A stretch of DNA of 64,000 nucleotides, taken from NCBI GenBank assembly GCA_045531435.1, contig JAZSDZ010000146.1:10156-74155 (forward strand), read 5' to 3'. Numbering within the stretch: the stretch's first letter is position 1; every line of letters starts with the position of its first letter. A model generated the notes under the pieces. That model saw only the letters and a list, made by a program, of their open reading frames with translations. It was not told where the DNA came from and did no database searches. Below are positions 30,563 to 40,061 of this stretch, piece after piece. A program made the translations under genes and the position numbers. The stretch comes from Candidatus Fimenecus sp. GTDB lineage: Bacteria > Bacillota > Clostridia > Oscillospirales > Acutalibacteraceae.

Positions 30563-30569
30563 ACATCAA

Positions 30570-30653
30570 TTATAAAACCATAAGACTTGAAGCAACAGAT
30601 AACATAAAAGATGTTGAAATAAATAAACCTAAAATCATTCCACAACCTTGCAT
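30570..30653 (-). CDS. possible 27-aa hydrophobic peptide (MQGCGMILGLFISTSFMLSVASSLMVL)
   Basis: ATG 30651-30653, TAA 30570-72, 7 nt before the terminator hairpin. GGTGAG lies only 3 nt from the ATG, which is poor spacing. Confidence 0.25.
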   Translation of the reverse strand: MQGCGMILGLFISTSFMLSVASSLMVL

Positions 30654-30818
30654 AGGCTCACCATTCTATTATTTTTCCAATGGTTTTAAATACAATAAAA
30701 ATATCTACTAAAAATGAAAGCCTGCAATCATTAGCTTTACAAAAATATTATCAAATCAGTTAGTTTGCACTCATCACGGACAGAACCGGAGTTTTTGTTC
30801 CTACACCTAAATATAGAA

Positions 30819-32117
30819 TTACTTTTTTCTTGTTATTAACGCAGGAACAATTATAGGTGTTTTGCCTTCTATTCTTTCTATTTCGGTTAAAAGAAGATTT
30901 TTTAGTTTTGTTTTATCTTCCTTATATTTCTTTGATTTAATAAGATTATTCTTCTGTGCCTTGTCAACACGATTGTCGTATAAATAATCCTCAAAATAAA
31001 TATTTGAATATTTTGATAATGGCAGTGGTAACGAAACGGAGTATGTAAAATCTTTTGTTCTTATTGCTCTGCCACATTGGCTTTCACTAATTTGTATAAA
31101 CGCACATTTACTTTCGCTATTATTTTGAATTGCAGTACCTTGATAGTAATCAGGTATTTTAATGTCTGCAAAAGACAAAATCGTAGGTGGCAAATCAACA
31201 AGACTTACAATTCTCTTATCCCTTACACCCTTTTCGATATTTTTTCCTTTTATAACAAGTGGAATATGAATTGATGAGTCATGACAACTTCGCTTATACT
31301 CCATATTTCTTGTCTTGAAATGGCAACCATGGTCAGATGTATAAATGATAGTCGTGTTATCATAAATACCTTTATCTTTTAAGCAGTTAATAAGTCGTCC
31401 TAAATTATCATCAAGACTTTCAATAGCTGCTAAATAATCAGGATATTGCTCTTTATAATTGCCTTTAAAATTAGTTAAATCCTCTGGTATTTGATAATTC
31501 TTATATTTTTCAAGCTTTTCCTTTGGCCCTTCAAATCGATTGTGGTCATTCTGATGGTGAGGCTCAAGCTGTGAAACAAACATAAAAAACGGTTTGTCTG
31601 AATTGTAATTCTCTATATATTCAATAGCAAAATCATTTATTCTGTCAGCACGATAGCCTTCAAAGTCTATTCTATTACCATTTTCATCAAAAACATAGCC
31701 ATCATATCCGTGAGAAGTAAATTCCAACACATCTGCACCACGGAAATACTTATATCCCCATAATCTCTCTTTAGGAATTGCAGTATTTTCGCATTTGATG
31801 TTATTACCACCATTTTTACCTGAAGCTAAATGAAGTTTTCCGAAATATGCAGTTTCATATCCGTTTTCATTAAAATAATCGGCAAGAGATTTTGTTTCGT
31901 CTTTTAATGGAATACCGTTAATATGGCATCCACATTCCGTTGGATAAACTCCTGTCTGTAAACAGGCTCTTGCAGGGCCACAAACAGGCTGACAGGTATA
32001 ACAATTTTCAAAAAATGTTCCTTCTTCAGCCAAATCCATAAGATTAGGCATAATTTCATTATTAACTGTGTCATATCTTTGCTGGTCAGAAAAATAAAAA
32101 ACTATATTTTGTTTCAT
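30819..32117 (-). CDS. Cys-type sulfatase, no signal peptide
   Basis: Formylglycine motif C-G-P-A-R in QPVCGPARACLQTG and the SDHG motif. Start set to ATG 32117 (GGAGAA RBS). Confidence 0.8.
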   Translation of the reverse strand: MKQNIVFYFSDQQRYDTVNNEIMPNLMDLAEEGTFFENCYTCQPVCGPARACLQTGVYPTECGCHINGIPLKDETKSLADYFNENGYETAYFGKLHLASGKNGGNNIKCENTAIPKERLWGYKYFRGADVLEFTSHGYDGYVFDENGNRIDFEGYRADRINDFAIEYIENYNSDKPFFMFVSQLEPHHQNDHNRFEGPKEKLEKYKNYQIPEDLTNFKGNYKEQYPDYLAAIESLDDNLGRLINCLKDKGIYDNTTIIYTSDHGCHFKTRNMEYKRSCHDSSIHIPLVIKGKNIEKGVRDKRIVSLVDLPPTILSFADIKIPDYYQGTAIQNNSESKCAFIQISESQCGRAIRTKDFTYSVSLPLPLSKYSNIYFEDYLYDNRVDKAQKNNLIKSKKYKEDKTKLKNLLLTEIERIEGKTPIIVPALITRKK

Positions 32118-32145
32118 ATACAATTCTCCGTAAATTAATAATACA

Positions 32146-32175
32146 ATTATATCATAAATAATATTTAACATTCAA
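32146..32175 (-). promoter_or_regulatory. sigma-A-type promoter of the sulfatase gene
   Basis: TTGAAT - 18 nt - TGaTATAAT (extended -10), read on the minus strand. Confidence 0.55.
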
Positions 32176-32178
32176 TTA

Positions 32179-32207
32179 TTGAAATAAAAATGCTAATATG
32201 ATAAAAT
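32179..32207 (+). promoter_or_regulatory. sigma-A-type promoter of manA
   Basis: TTGAAA - 17 nt - TGaTAAAAT (extended -10). Confidence 0.55.
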
Positions 32208-32236
32208 ACTTTGAAGTAATTTTAAGGAGTATTTTT

Positions 32237-33184
32237 ATGTATATTTTAAAATTAAATCCTGTTTTTAAAGATTATCTTTGGGGTGGCACAAAACTTCGAG
32301 ATGAATATGGTTTTCAATCTGACCTTAAAAAGTTGGCTGAGGGTTGGATGCTTTCCTGCCATAAAGACGGTGAAAACACAATTCAGAATGGTGAATTCGC
32401 AGGTAAAACCTTGACTGAGGTAGTTAAAACTAACCCTGACTTTTTAGGTAAGAACGGTAAAAAATTCGAGTATTTCCCAATTCTCATAAAGCTTATTGAT
32501 GCTAAAAATGATTTATCTGTTCAGGTTCATCCTAACAATGAGTACGCTATGAGAGTTGAAAAGGAATACGGCAAAACAGAGTGCTGGTATATTCTTGATT
32601 GTGACGAAGGTGCAGAACTTATTTATGGCTTTAATCGTGAGATTTCAAGTGAAGAGTTTAAAGAAAAGATTGCAGATAACACATTCCTTGAAACTGTAAA
32701 CAAGGTTAAGGTTAAAAAGGGAGATTTGTTCTTTATTGAGGCAGGTACTCTTCACGCTATTGGTAGTGGTATTCTTCTTGCTGAAATTCAGCAAAACTCA
32801 AATACTACATACAGAGTTTACGACTATGGTCGCGTTGGTGCTGACGGAAAACCAAGAGAATTACATGTTGAAAAGGCAATTGATGTTACAAACTGTGTTC
32901 CACCAACCCGTTCAACAGAACCAGAGGGTAAATTGGTTGAATATGACAACTATTCAACACAGTTACTTACAGAATGTGATTTGTTCAACGTTAAAAAAGT
33001 TAGCGTCAAGGACTTTTTTGACGGAGTTGCTGACGAAAAATCATTTGTGTCTGTTTTAGTTACTGACGGTAGCGGAATAATTGACGGAATAGAAATTAAA
33101 AGGGGTGACAGCCTTTTTGTTCCTGCAAACTATGGCACATTTACAATTAAAGGCAATTTAGAAATTATAGTTACAAGGGTATAA
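32237..33184 (+). CDS. manA: class I mannose-6-phosphate isomerase
   Basis: KDYLWGG, SVQVHPN, ECWYIL and HAIG motifs. Start at ATG 32237 (AAGGAG RBS). Confidence 0.85.
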   Translation: MYILKLNPVFKDYLWGGTKLRDEYGFQSDLKKLAEGWMLSCHKDGENTIQNGEFAGKTLTEVVKTNPDFLGKNGKKFEYFPILIKLIDAKNDLSVQVHPNNEYAMRVEKEYGKTECWYILDCDEGAELIYGFNREISSEEFKEKIADNTFLETVNKVKVKKGDLFFIEAGTLHAIGSGILLAEIQQNSNTTYRVYDYGRVGADGKPRELHVEKAIDVTNCVPPTRSTEPEGKLVEYDNYSTQLLTECDLFNVKKVSVKDFFDGVADEKSFVSVLVTDGSGIIDGIEIKRGDSLFVPANYGTFTIKGNLEIIVTRV

Positions 33185-33186
33185 AA

Positions 33187-34422
33187 ATGAAACATAGAAC
33201 ATTTACAGGTACTAAAATCGCTTGTTATACAGGTTATATTGTTCAGGGAATTGTCAATAATATTGCTCCCCTGTTATTTGTTATTTTCAGTGATAAATTT
33301 AATATTACCCTTGATAAACTTGCACTTTTAATTACAATAAATTTTGCAACTCAGCTTTTTATTGATACAATATCAATAAAATTTGTTGATATTATTGGTT
33401 ATAAGCCATTGGCTATTGTGTCACAGGCAATTGCATTTGTCGGACTTACCTGTCTTGGCATTTTACCTAATATTTTAAAAGATGCTTATCTTGGAATTGT
33501 TATTTCAATAGTACTTTCTGCTATTGGTAGTGGAATTACAGAAGTAATTATAAGCCCTATTGTTGAGTCTATTCCTGGTGAAAAGAAAACTGCAGAAATG
33601 AGTCTATTGCATTCATTCTACTGTTGGGGACAAATGTTTGTTGTATTTCTTACAACAATAATGATTAAAACTTTCGGCAACGATTTGTGGTATATTGCAC
33701 CTATTTTATGGGCAATCATTCCACTTATCAATACAATAAATTTTATTTCAGTACCAATCGAACCAAACCTTACAGAAGAAGAAAAAACACCATTCTTAAA
33801 ACTTTTATTTTCAAAGCAATTTGTTCTTTGCATTGTGATAATGATTTGTTCAGGTGCTTCTGAAATCGGAATGTCACAATGGTCATCATATTTTGCCGAA
33901 GCAGGACTTAAGGTTTCAAAAATGACAGGTGATTTATTAGGACCTTGCCTTTTTGCTGTTCTTATGGGAACAGGCAGAATGATTTTTGGGTTCCTTGGTG
34001 AAAAGGTTAATCTTAAAACAGCACTTTACTGTTCAGCCGGACTTTGTGCATTGTGTTATCTAGGAACTTGTTTTATAAATAATTCAGTTATTTCATTGTT
34101 ATTCTGTGCATTGACAGGAATCAGTGTCAGCATTATGTGGCCGGCAAACTTAAGCCTTGCTGCAAAGTTATTTCCTAAGGGTGGTGGCTCAATGTACAGT
34201 GTTCTTGCACTTTCAGGTGATACAGGATGTACCTTAGGACCTTGGGTTATAAGCTTTATGTCAATTCAGTTTGCAGAGGATGTTTCTTCTGCAGAAACAC
34301 TTAAAACAGGGCTTGGTTTTGGTGCATTTTTCCCTATCCTTATGATTTTTGCAATTTTACTTTTAAACATAAAGAAAAACAGTATTGACAATAAAAATCA
34401 CAATGATATAATTAAATCATAA
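33187..34422 (+). CDS. MFS transporter
   Basis: ~12 predicted TM segments; starts 3 nt after the manA stop. Confidence 0.75.
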   Translation: MKHRTFTGTKIACYTGYIVQGIVNNIAPLLFVIFSDKFNITLDKLALLITINFATQLFIDTISIKFVDIIGYKPLAIVSQAIAFVGLTCLGILPNILKDAYLGIVISIVLSAIGSGITEVIISPIVESIPGEKKTAEMSLLHSFYCWGQMFVVFLTTIMIKTFGNDLWYIAPILWAIIPLINTINFISVPIEPNLTEEEKTPFLKLLFSKQFVLCIVIMICSGASEIGMSQWSSYFAEAGLKVSKMTGDLLGPCLFAVLMGTGRMIFGFLGEKVNLKTALYCSAGLCALCYLGTCFINNSVISLLFCALTGISVSIMWPANLSLAAKLFPKGGGSMYSVLALSGDTGCTLGPWVISFMSIQFAEDVSSAETLKTGLGFGAFFPILMIFAILLLNIKKNSIDNKNHNDIIKS

Positions 34423-34435
34423 AATATAATAATTA

Positions 34436-34545
34436 GTTGTCTTCAGGGCGGAGTGAAATTCTCCACCGGTGGTAAAGTCCACGAGCATTTTGCTGATTAG
34501 GTGTAATTCCTAAACCGACGGTATAGTCCGGATGAAAGAAGATGC
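34436..34545 (+). promoter_or_regulatory. FMN riboswitch (RFN element) aptamer
   Basis: CTTCAGGGCGGAGTGAAATTCTCCACCGGTGGTAAAGTCCACGAGC...CCGACGGTATAGTCCGGATGAAAGAAGA matches the conserved RFN core; upstream of ribU. Confidence 0.9.
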
Positions 34546-34563
34546 AACATTTTGTTACATTAG

Positions 34564-34588
34564 CCCTGCTACAATCAGCAGGGTTTTT
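34564..34588 (+). terminator. FMN riboswitch expression-platform terminator
   Basis: CCCTGCT/AGCAGGG stem followed by TTTTT. Confidence 0.8.
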
Positions 34589-34623
34589 CTGTTTGACGAC
34601 TAATTAACGAAAGGAAGATTATT

Positions 34624-35214
34624 ATGTCAAACAAACGAAATCAAAAAATCTTTAACTTAACAGTTGTAGGTCTTATGACTGCTATTGCAATTGTTATTTA
34701 TATGGTTTTTCCTGAACTTAATATTGTGCCAGGTGTCAGTCACTTAAAAGTTGATTTATCTGACTTTCCCGCAATCCTTACAGGTGTAATTCTTGGTCCT
34801 GTTCAAGGTATTTTAATCGAAGTCGTAAAAAACATAATTCACCTTACAAGAACATCAACTGTCGGAATTGGTGAAATTATGAATATAATACTCGGTAGCA
34901 GTATGATTTTATCAATGTGGGGATTTATCAAAATATTTAAAAAAGTATTTAAAGAAAACAAAATCACATTCAAAACATATATTATTGCTTCTGCTATAAC
35001 AATAGTCATTGCAATTATCGTTGGTTGGATTGCAAATATGGTTTTTACTCCAATCTTTTATAAAGTTATGGGATTTCCTCTCGTCAGTGAAACCTACTGG
35101 GCAGGTGTATGGGGTTCAACAACACTCAACTCAATCAAGGCGCTTTTCAATATTGTTCCATTTTTTCCAATATATTTGATATTAGAAAAAGCTATAAAAA
35201 AATACACAATGTAG
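34624..35214 (+). CDS. ribU: ECF-transporter S component for riboflavin
   Basis: Six-TM small membrane protein directly downstream of an FMN riboswitch. Confidence 0.8.
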   Translation: MSNKRNQKIFNLTVVGLMTAIAIVIYMVFPELNIVPGVSHLKVDLSDFPAILTGVILGPVQGILIEVVKNIIHLTRTSTVGIGEIMNIILGSSMILSMWGFIKIFKKVFKENKITFKTYIIASAITIVIAIIVGWIANMVFTPIFYKVMGFPLVSETYWAGVWGSTTLNSIKALFNIVPFFPIYLILEKAIKKYTM

Positions 35215-35242
35215 TTGACATTATATAATAATGTGATAAAAT
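35215..35242 (+). promoter_or_regulatory. sigma-A-type promoter of the metK leader
   Basis: TTGACA - 16 nt - TAAAAT. Confidence 0.5.
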
Positions 35243-35257
35243 ATATTAAACTAAATA

Positions 35258-35358
35258 TATCCCTTATGCAGAGTGGTGGAGGGTCTGGCCCTGTGAAGCC
35301 CAGCAACCTGCTTTTAAGCAAGGTGCTAATTCCTGCGGATTTTCCGAGATATAAGGTT
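35258..35358 (+). promoter_or_regulatory. SAM-I riboswitch (S-box) aptamer
   Basis: CCCTTATGCAGAGTGGTGGAGGGTCTGGCCCTGTGAAGCCCAGCAACC...GGTGCTAATTCCTGCGG...GAGATATAAGG matches the S-box core. Confidence 0.9.
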
Positions 35359-35368
35359 GTTAATCTAT

Positions 35369-35395
35369 AGCACCCTTATGGGTGCTTATCTTTTT
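35369..35395 (+). terminator. S-box terminator
   Basis: AGCACCC/GGGTGCT stem then TATCTTTTT. The terminator 5' arm repeats the P1 5' strand CCCTTAT, as expected for terminator/anti-terminator competition. Confidence 0.8.
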
Positions 35396-35420
35396 AGAAT
35401 AAACATTGGAGGAGAAAAAT

Positions 35421-36611
35421 ATGGCTAAATTTTTATTCACATCTGAATCTGTAACAGAAGGTCATCCTGATAAAATCTGTGACAAAATTTCTGACGCTGT
35501 CCTTGATGAAATGCTCACACAAGACCCTATGTCAAGAGTTGCTTGTGAAACAACAGTTACAACAGGACAAGTTCTCGTTATGGGTGAAATTTCATCAAAA
35601 GCTCAGGTAAACATCCCTGAAATCGTAAGAAAAACTATTCTTGAAATCGGTTATGACCATAGTGATAAAGGTTTTGACGGTAATACTTGTGCAGTACTCG
35701 TTGCACTTGATAAACAGTCACCTGACATCGCTCTCGGTGTTGACAATTCAATGGAAATTAAAGAAGGTAATGATGATTTTTATAATCTTAATGGTGCCGG
35801 TGACCAGGGTATGATGTTCGGCTTTGCTTGTGACGAAACACCTGAACTTATGCCAATGCCAATTTCACTTGCAAACAAACTTGCAGTTCAACTTACAAAT
35901 GTCAGAAAAGACGGTATTCTTCCTTACCTTCGTGCTGACGGTAAAACACAGGTTACAGTTGAATACGACGATGATAGAAATCCTGTAAGAATCGATGCAA
36001 TTGTTGTTTCATCACAGCATAGTGCTGATGTTGAACTTTCACAGATTCGCGAAGATATTAAGAAAAATGTTATTGAACCTATTGTTCCTGCAAATCTTAT
36101 TGACGATGATACAAAGATTTATGTAAATCCAACAGGACGTTTTGTAATCGGTGGTCCTATGGGTGACTCTGGTCTTACAGGTCGTAAGATTATTGTAGAT
36201 ACATATGGTGGATATTCACGTCACGGTGGCGGTGCTTTCTCTGGTAAAGACCCAACTAAGGTTGACCGTTCTGCTGCTTATGCTGCAAGATATGTTGCAA
36301 AGAATATTGTTGCTGCAGGTCTTGCAAAAAAATGCGAAATTCAGTTGGCATATGCTATCGGTGTTGCAAAGCCTGTTTCAGTTATGGTTGACACATTTGG
36401 CACAGGCGTTCTCAAGGATTCAGAACTTGGTGACATCGTTAATGAAGTATTCGACCTTCGTCCTGCTGCTATTATTGACAACCTTAAACTTCGTAACCCA
36501 ATCTACAAACAGCTTGCTGCTTATGGTCACGTAGGCAGAACCGACTGTGATGTTATGTGGGAAAAGACAGATAGGGTTGAAATTTTGAAAGAAAAAGCAA
36601 AAATTAATTAA
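35421..36611 (+). CDS. metK: S-adenosylmethionine synthase
   Basis: [22 protein letters not shown] and GGGAFSGKD motifs; start at ATG 35421. Confidence 0.95.
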   Translation: MAKFLFTSESVTEGHPDKICDKISDAVLDEMLTQDPMSRVACETTVTTGQVLVMGEISSKAQVNIPEIVRKTILEIGYDHSDKGFDGNTCAVLVALDKQSPDIALGVDNSMEIKEGNDDFYNLNGAGDQGMMFGFACDETPELMPMPISLANKLAVQLTNVRKDGILPYLRADGKTQVTVEYDDDRNPVRIDAIVVSSQHSADVELSQIREDIKKNVIEPIVPANLIDDDTKIYVNPTGRFVIGGPMGDSGLTGRKIIVDTYGGYSRHGGGAFSGKDPTKVDRSAAYAARYVAKNIVAAGLAKKCEIQLAYAIGVAKPVSVMVDTFGTGVLKDSELGDIVNEVFDLRPAAIIDNLKLRNPIYKQLAAYGHVGRTDCDVMWEKTDRVEILKEKAKIN

Positions 36612-36694
36612 ATTTTAAAATTTGCATAAAAAGTTTACATTTACTCATAATAATATTGCACATAAAATGATGCTATTATTAAGGAGTGAATATA

Positions 36695-36910
36695 ATGCTT
36701 GACAGAATTTCATTAATTCTTGTTGTAATCGGTGCAATCAACTGGGGAGCAATCGGTCTTTTCCAGTTTGACCTTGTTGCTTGGATTTTTGGTGGCCAAG
36801 ATGCAATCATCAGTAGAATAATTTATACACTTGTTGCTCTTGCTGGTATATGGTGCTTGTCACTTTTATTCCGTCGCAATGAAATGTTAGCCACAAACGA
36901 TGAAATGTAA
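36695..36910 (+). CDS. DUF378 small membrane protein
   Basis: GAINWGAIGLF motif, two TM segments, AAGGAG RBS. Confidence 0.7.
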   Translation: MLDRISLILVVIGAINWGAIGLFQFDLVAWIFGGQDAIISRIIYTLVALAGIWCLSLLFRRNEMLATNDEM

Positions 36911-37015
36911 TTAAAATAAACATCCACCCGCATGTGCAATAGTAAAATAAAGGTAGACACATGGAAAACCACCATGTATCTACCTTTTTCTTATGCTAAA
37001 ATATAATGTGGAGGT

Positions 37016-37390
37016 ATGAAAATGAAAAAAGGACAGAAGAAACGAGTATGGACAAAAGAACAAAAGTTGGAAATCATAGGTAAACACTTAAATGAACATA
37101 TTTCTGTGAGAACCCTCGAAAAAGAATATAATGCAGACAGAAGTATGATTTGTCATCGGTTAAGAGATTATGGCAAATATGGAGAGTCTGCATTTGATTC
37201 AAAAATGCACAGAAAAGGAAATCCTTTTGCAGCACTACATACAAGTAAAACATTAACTGAAACAGAACGATTAAGGCTACAACTAGCAAAATTAGAAATA
37301 GAAAATGAACGGTTAAAAAAAGGATACCGAGTGAAAGGAGTTGGTGCAAACAAGGAGTTCGTTACTACAAAAGATGTGAATACGAAGTAA
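37016..37390 (+). CDS. IS3-family transposase OrfA (HTH)
   Basis: Intact 124-aa ORF with HTH and leucine-zipper-like LRLQLAKLEIENERLKKG. The slippery A AAA AAA G is at 37315-37322. Confidence 0.8.
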   Translation: MKMKKGQKKRVWTKEQKLEIIGKHLNEHISVRTLEKEYNADRSMICHRLRDYGKYGESAFDSKMHRKGNPFAALHTSKTLTETERLRLQLAKLEIENERLKKGYRVKGVGANKEFVTTKDVNTK

Positions 37391-38241
37391 TATATTCCTT
37401 GAGAGATAAATATAGCATTAAATTTTTATGTAAAATAATGTCGGTTAATCGTTCAGGATAATACAAATGGTTAGCACGGAAAGGAAAACCTAACAGATAT
37501 GAGCAAGATAGAATAGTACTTACGAAATTACTATTGGAACAGCATAAAAAGCATAAGACAAAAGGCTATCACTATCTTGCAAAGTTAATTCGTAACGAAA
37601 CTGGTTGGTTTTTCTCAGATAATTTAGCACATAAATGCTGTAAGTTAGCTGGTATATGTTCTAAAACCAAGCGTGGCAGAAAAACTGCAGGTAAAGAAAA
37701 CATTAAATTTTCTAACATTATTAAGGGCAATTGGAATGCAACAAAACCACTAGAAATTGTTGTATCAGATATGACCTGAATTAAACATAAAGGTATTCGA
37801 TGGGAATGGACTTATCTATTGGATGTATTTAATAATGAAATCATTGCAAGTTCTGTGACAAATAAAATAGGCAGTAGTTTACCATATTACCATTGTTTAG
37901 AACAACTTATAGAAAACAAGAAAGAGCAGACATACCCAGTCATTCTTCACACCGACCAAGGTAGTGTCTGCTCATCAGAAGGCTTTTACCAAGCCCACAA
38001 AGATTATACTAATATCAAGCGCTCTATGTCAAGAACTGGAACACCAACAGATAATCCAATTATTGAATCTTTAAATGGTTGGATAAAAGAAGAAATGAGA
38101 ATAGACTTTAATTTGAAATATGCCGAAGATATACCCTCATTTATTGAAAACTATATTAATTATTTCAATAATGAAAGATTATCTTACAAACTTAATTACA
38201 AAACCCCTGTTCAATATAGAATTGAACAAGGGTTTGAATAA
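37321..38241 (+). pseudogene. IS3-family transposase OrfB (-1 frame) with two in-frame stops
   Basis: The -1 frame reads continuously except TAA 37459-37461 (SVNRSG*YKW) and TGA 37777-37779 (VVSDMT*IKHKG). DDE residues are recognisable (SDMT, HTDQGS, NPIIESLNGWIKEE). Confidence 0.8.
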
Positions 38242-38300
38242 TTGGTGGTTTTTACTGTCTACTTTTACTTGACAATTGCACAAAGTGGGTGGATATTTAT

Positions 38301-40052
38301 TTACTCTATTACAAGTTTGTCTATAAATGATTTTTCTGGTGTAACATAAATTGTATTATATGTGTTATAAATTACCTTACCAGGTTTAGCTCCAGTTGGT
38401 TTTTTTACATTTTTAATAATTGTATAATCAACTGCAACAGAAGATGAATCCTTTGCTTTGCTATGATATGCAGCAATACAAGCTGCCTCATAAATCGCAG
38501 TTTCTGTAATTTCCTTTTTATCGGCAACAATTACAGTATGTGAGCCTGCAAATTTTTGTACATGCAACCACACATCATAATTCATTGCTGTTTTTAATGT
38601 GAGAATATCGTTCTGAATATTATTTCTACCAACAAGTATTCTGAAGCCATCACTTGATTTAAATTCAAGTGGAGGTAATAGTTTTTCTTTTTTTTGTTTA
38701 TTATATTTTTTTCGTTTAATATATCCACCCTGCTCCAGCTCTTCACGTATTTCACTGATTTCTCTTTCAGAATCCGCACGTGAAAGATTATCAAGTACAG
38801 TATCAAGATATATTAATTCCTGTTCACCTTCATCGATAAGATTATGAAGAAGTTTTTCTGCATTAACTGCCTTTTTATATTCTTTAAAATACTTTTGAGC
38901 ATTCTGCAAAGGACTTAATGCGGGATTAACAGGAATTTCAATAATTTTATTATTATCATAATAATTTTCAAGTTTATAAACTGAAGCTTTTTCAGTTAGT
39001 CTGTATTGATTTGCTGTAATAAGTTCTGCGTAAATTCGGATTTTTTCACGCTTTTCACTTTTCTGGAGTTCAACACGACGATTATTTATTTTTCTTGAAG
39101 TTCTCTCTACAGCACTATTTAAAATTTTGAATAAATCAGATGCTTTTCGCTTAATTCTATTGATTTTATCCTTTTCGAAATAGTAATCGTCAAGCAATTC
39201 AGAAATGGATTCATACTCTTTTTTTACAAACGTCGTACCATATTGACGAACGTTAGTAAATGAAAATTCGTAAGGTAATCCATCCTGATTACTGAAAATA
39301 AAAAATAATTTATTATTTAAAATTTCATATTTAATAATTTTTAATTCATTTTCTAATCTATCTATTTCAATTTCTGAAAGTAATCCAACTTGTTTATCAC
39401 CATAAATTGTTCTGTATGCAATTTCCCTACCAACAATCGGAGAAAAACCTTCAATAACATCAAGAATTGCTTTAGAAAGCATTTTTTCATTATGTGACAA
39501 GATCTTGCTTACTATGTCAGAAATATCATCAACAAGAATATCGTTTTTATCTTGTAGTGGTGGTAATTCATATCGCAATCCGGGTAAAATTTCTCTTACA
39601 GAGGACTTTTCTTCATCAACTCTTTTAACAGCATCAATTATTCTATTGTTTTCATCACAAAGAATAATGTTACTACGCTGTCCCATTATTTCACATACCA
39701 GATAATATGTTGTTTTGTCTCCTATTTCTGTAGTTCCACTAAATTCAAATATAAGAATTCGGTCATTTTTAATCTGTTTAATTTCAGTTAATAAAGCTCC
39801 GACAAGCCTTTTACGGAGTAACATACAAAGCATTGGTGGAACTTTAGGATTTTCAAGGTTATATCGACTCATATGCACTCGTGGACTCTGTCCGTCACAA
39901 GAAAAATACAACCTATATGCACCATTTCGGGTACGCATAATAAACACCAACTCATTTTTAGATGGTTGATGTATCTTATCAATTTTAGAGCCTATGAGAT
40001 ACTCTTTAAGCTCGTTTTTGATTAAACCTAAAGTAATTCCGTCTAATGCCAT
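38301..40052 (-). CDS. rqcH: ribosome quality-control factor RqcH (NFACT / FbpA family)
   Basis: NFACT-N, coiled-coil middle and NFACT-R domains (GRNNIQND...FAGSHTVI). Confidence 0.85.
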   Translation of the reverse strand: MALDGITLGLIKNELKEYLIGSKIDKIHQPSKNELVFIMRTRNGAYRLYFSCDGQSPRVHMSRYNLENPKVPPMLCMLLRKRLVGALLTEIKQIKNDRILIFEFSGTTEIGDKTTYYLVCEIMGQRSNIILCDENNRIIDAVKRVDEEKSSVREILPGLRYELPPLQDKNDILVDDISDIVSKILSHNEKMLSKAILDVIEGFSPIVGREIAYRTIYGDKQVGLLSEIEIDRLENELKIIKYEILNNKLFFIFSNQDGLPYEFSFTNVRQYGTTFVKKEYESISELLDDYYFEKDKINRIKRKASDLFKILNSAVERTSRKINNRRVELQKSEKREKIRIYAELITANQYRLTEKASVYKLENYYDNNKIIEIPVNPALSPLQNAQKYFKEYKKAVNAEKLLHNLIDEGEQELIYLDTVLDNLSRADSEREISEIREELEQGGYIKRKKYNKQKKEKLLPPLEFKSSDGFRILVGRNNIQNDILTLKTAMNYDVWLHVQKFAGSHTVIVADKKEITETAIYEAACIAAYHSKAKDSSSVAVDYTIIKNVKKPTGAKPGKVIYNTYNTIYVTPEKSFIDKLVIE

Positions 40053-40061
40053 AAAATCCTC

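Larger units (their letters stand above)
36933..38282 (+). mobile_element. IS3-family (IS150-like) insertion sequence, decayed
   Basis: Imperfect terminal inverted repeats begin TGTGCAAT (36933-; reverse complement ending at 38282) with further matches over ~27 bp and a distal AAAACCACC block. It has orfA, an A7G slippery site, and orfB with a DDE core. No clear target duplication. Confidence 0.85.

Noticed and set aside
30378-30569. 63-aa minus-strand ORF in the 510-bp gap.
   Set aside because: It runs through the terminator hairpin and the promoter-like region of the aminotransferase gene. It has an implausible composition and no RBS.
36205-36534. 109-aa alternative-frame ORF inside metK.
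   Set aside because: It lies in an overlapping frame of a highly conserved gene, so no independent coding signal is expected.
37074-37353. Minus-strand ORFs of 91 and 61 aa inside IS3 orfA.
   Set aside because: They are antisense to the conserved transposase OrfA and correspond to no known IS3 feature.
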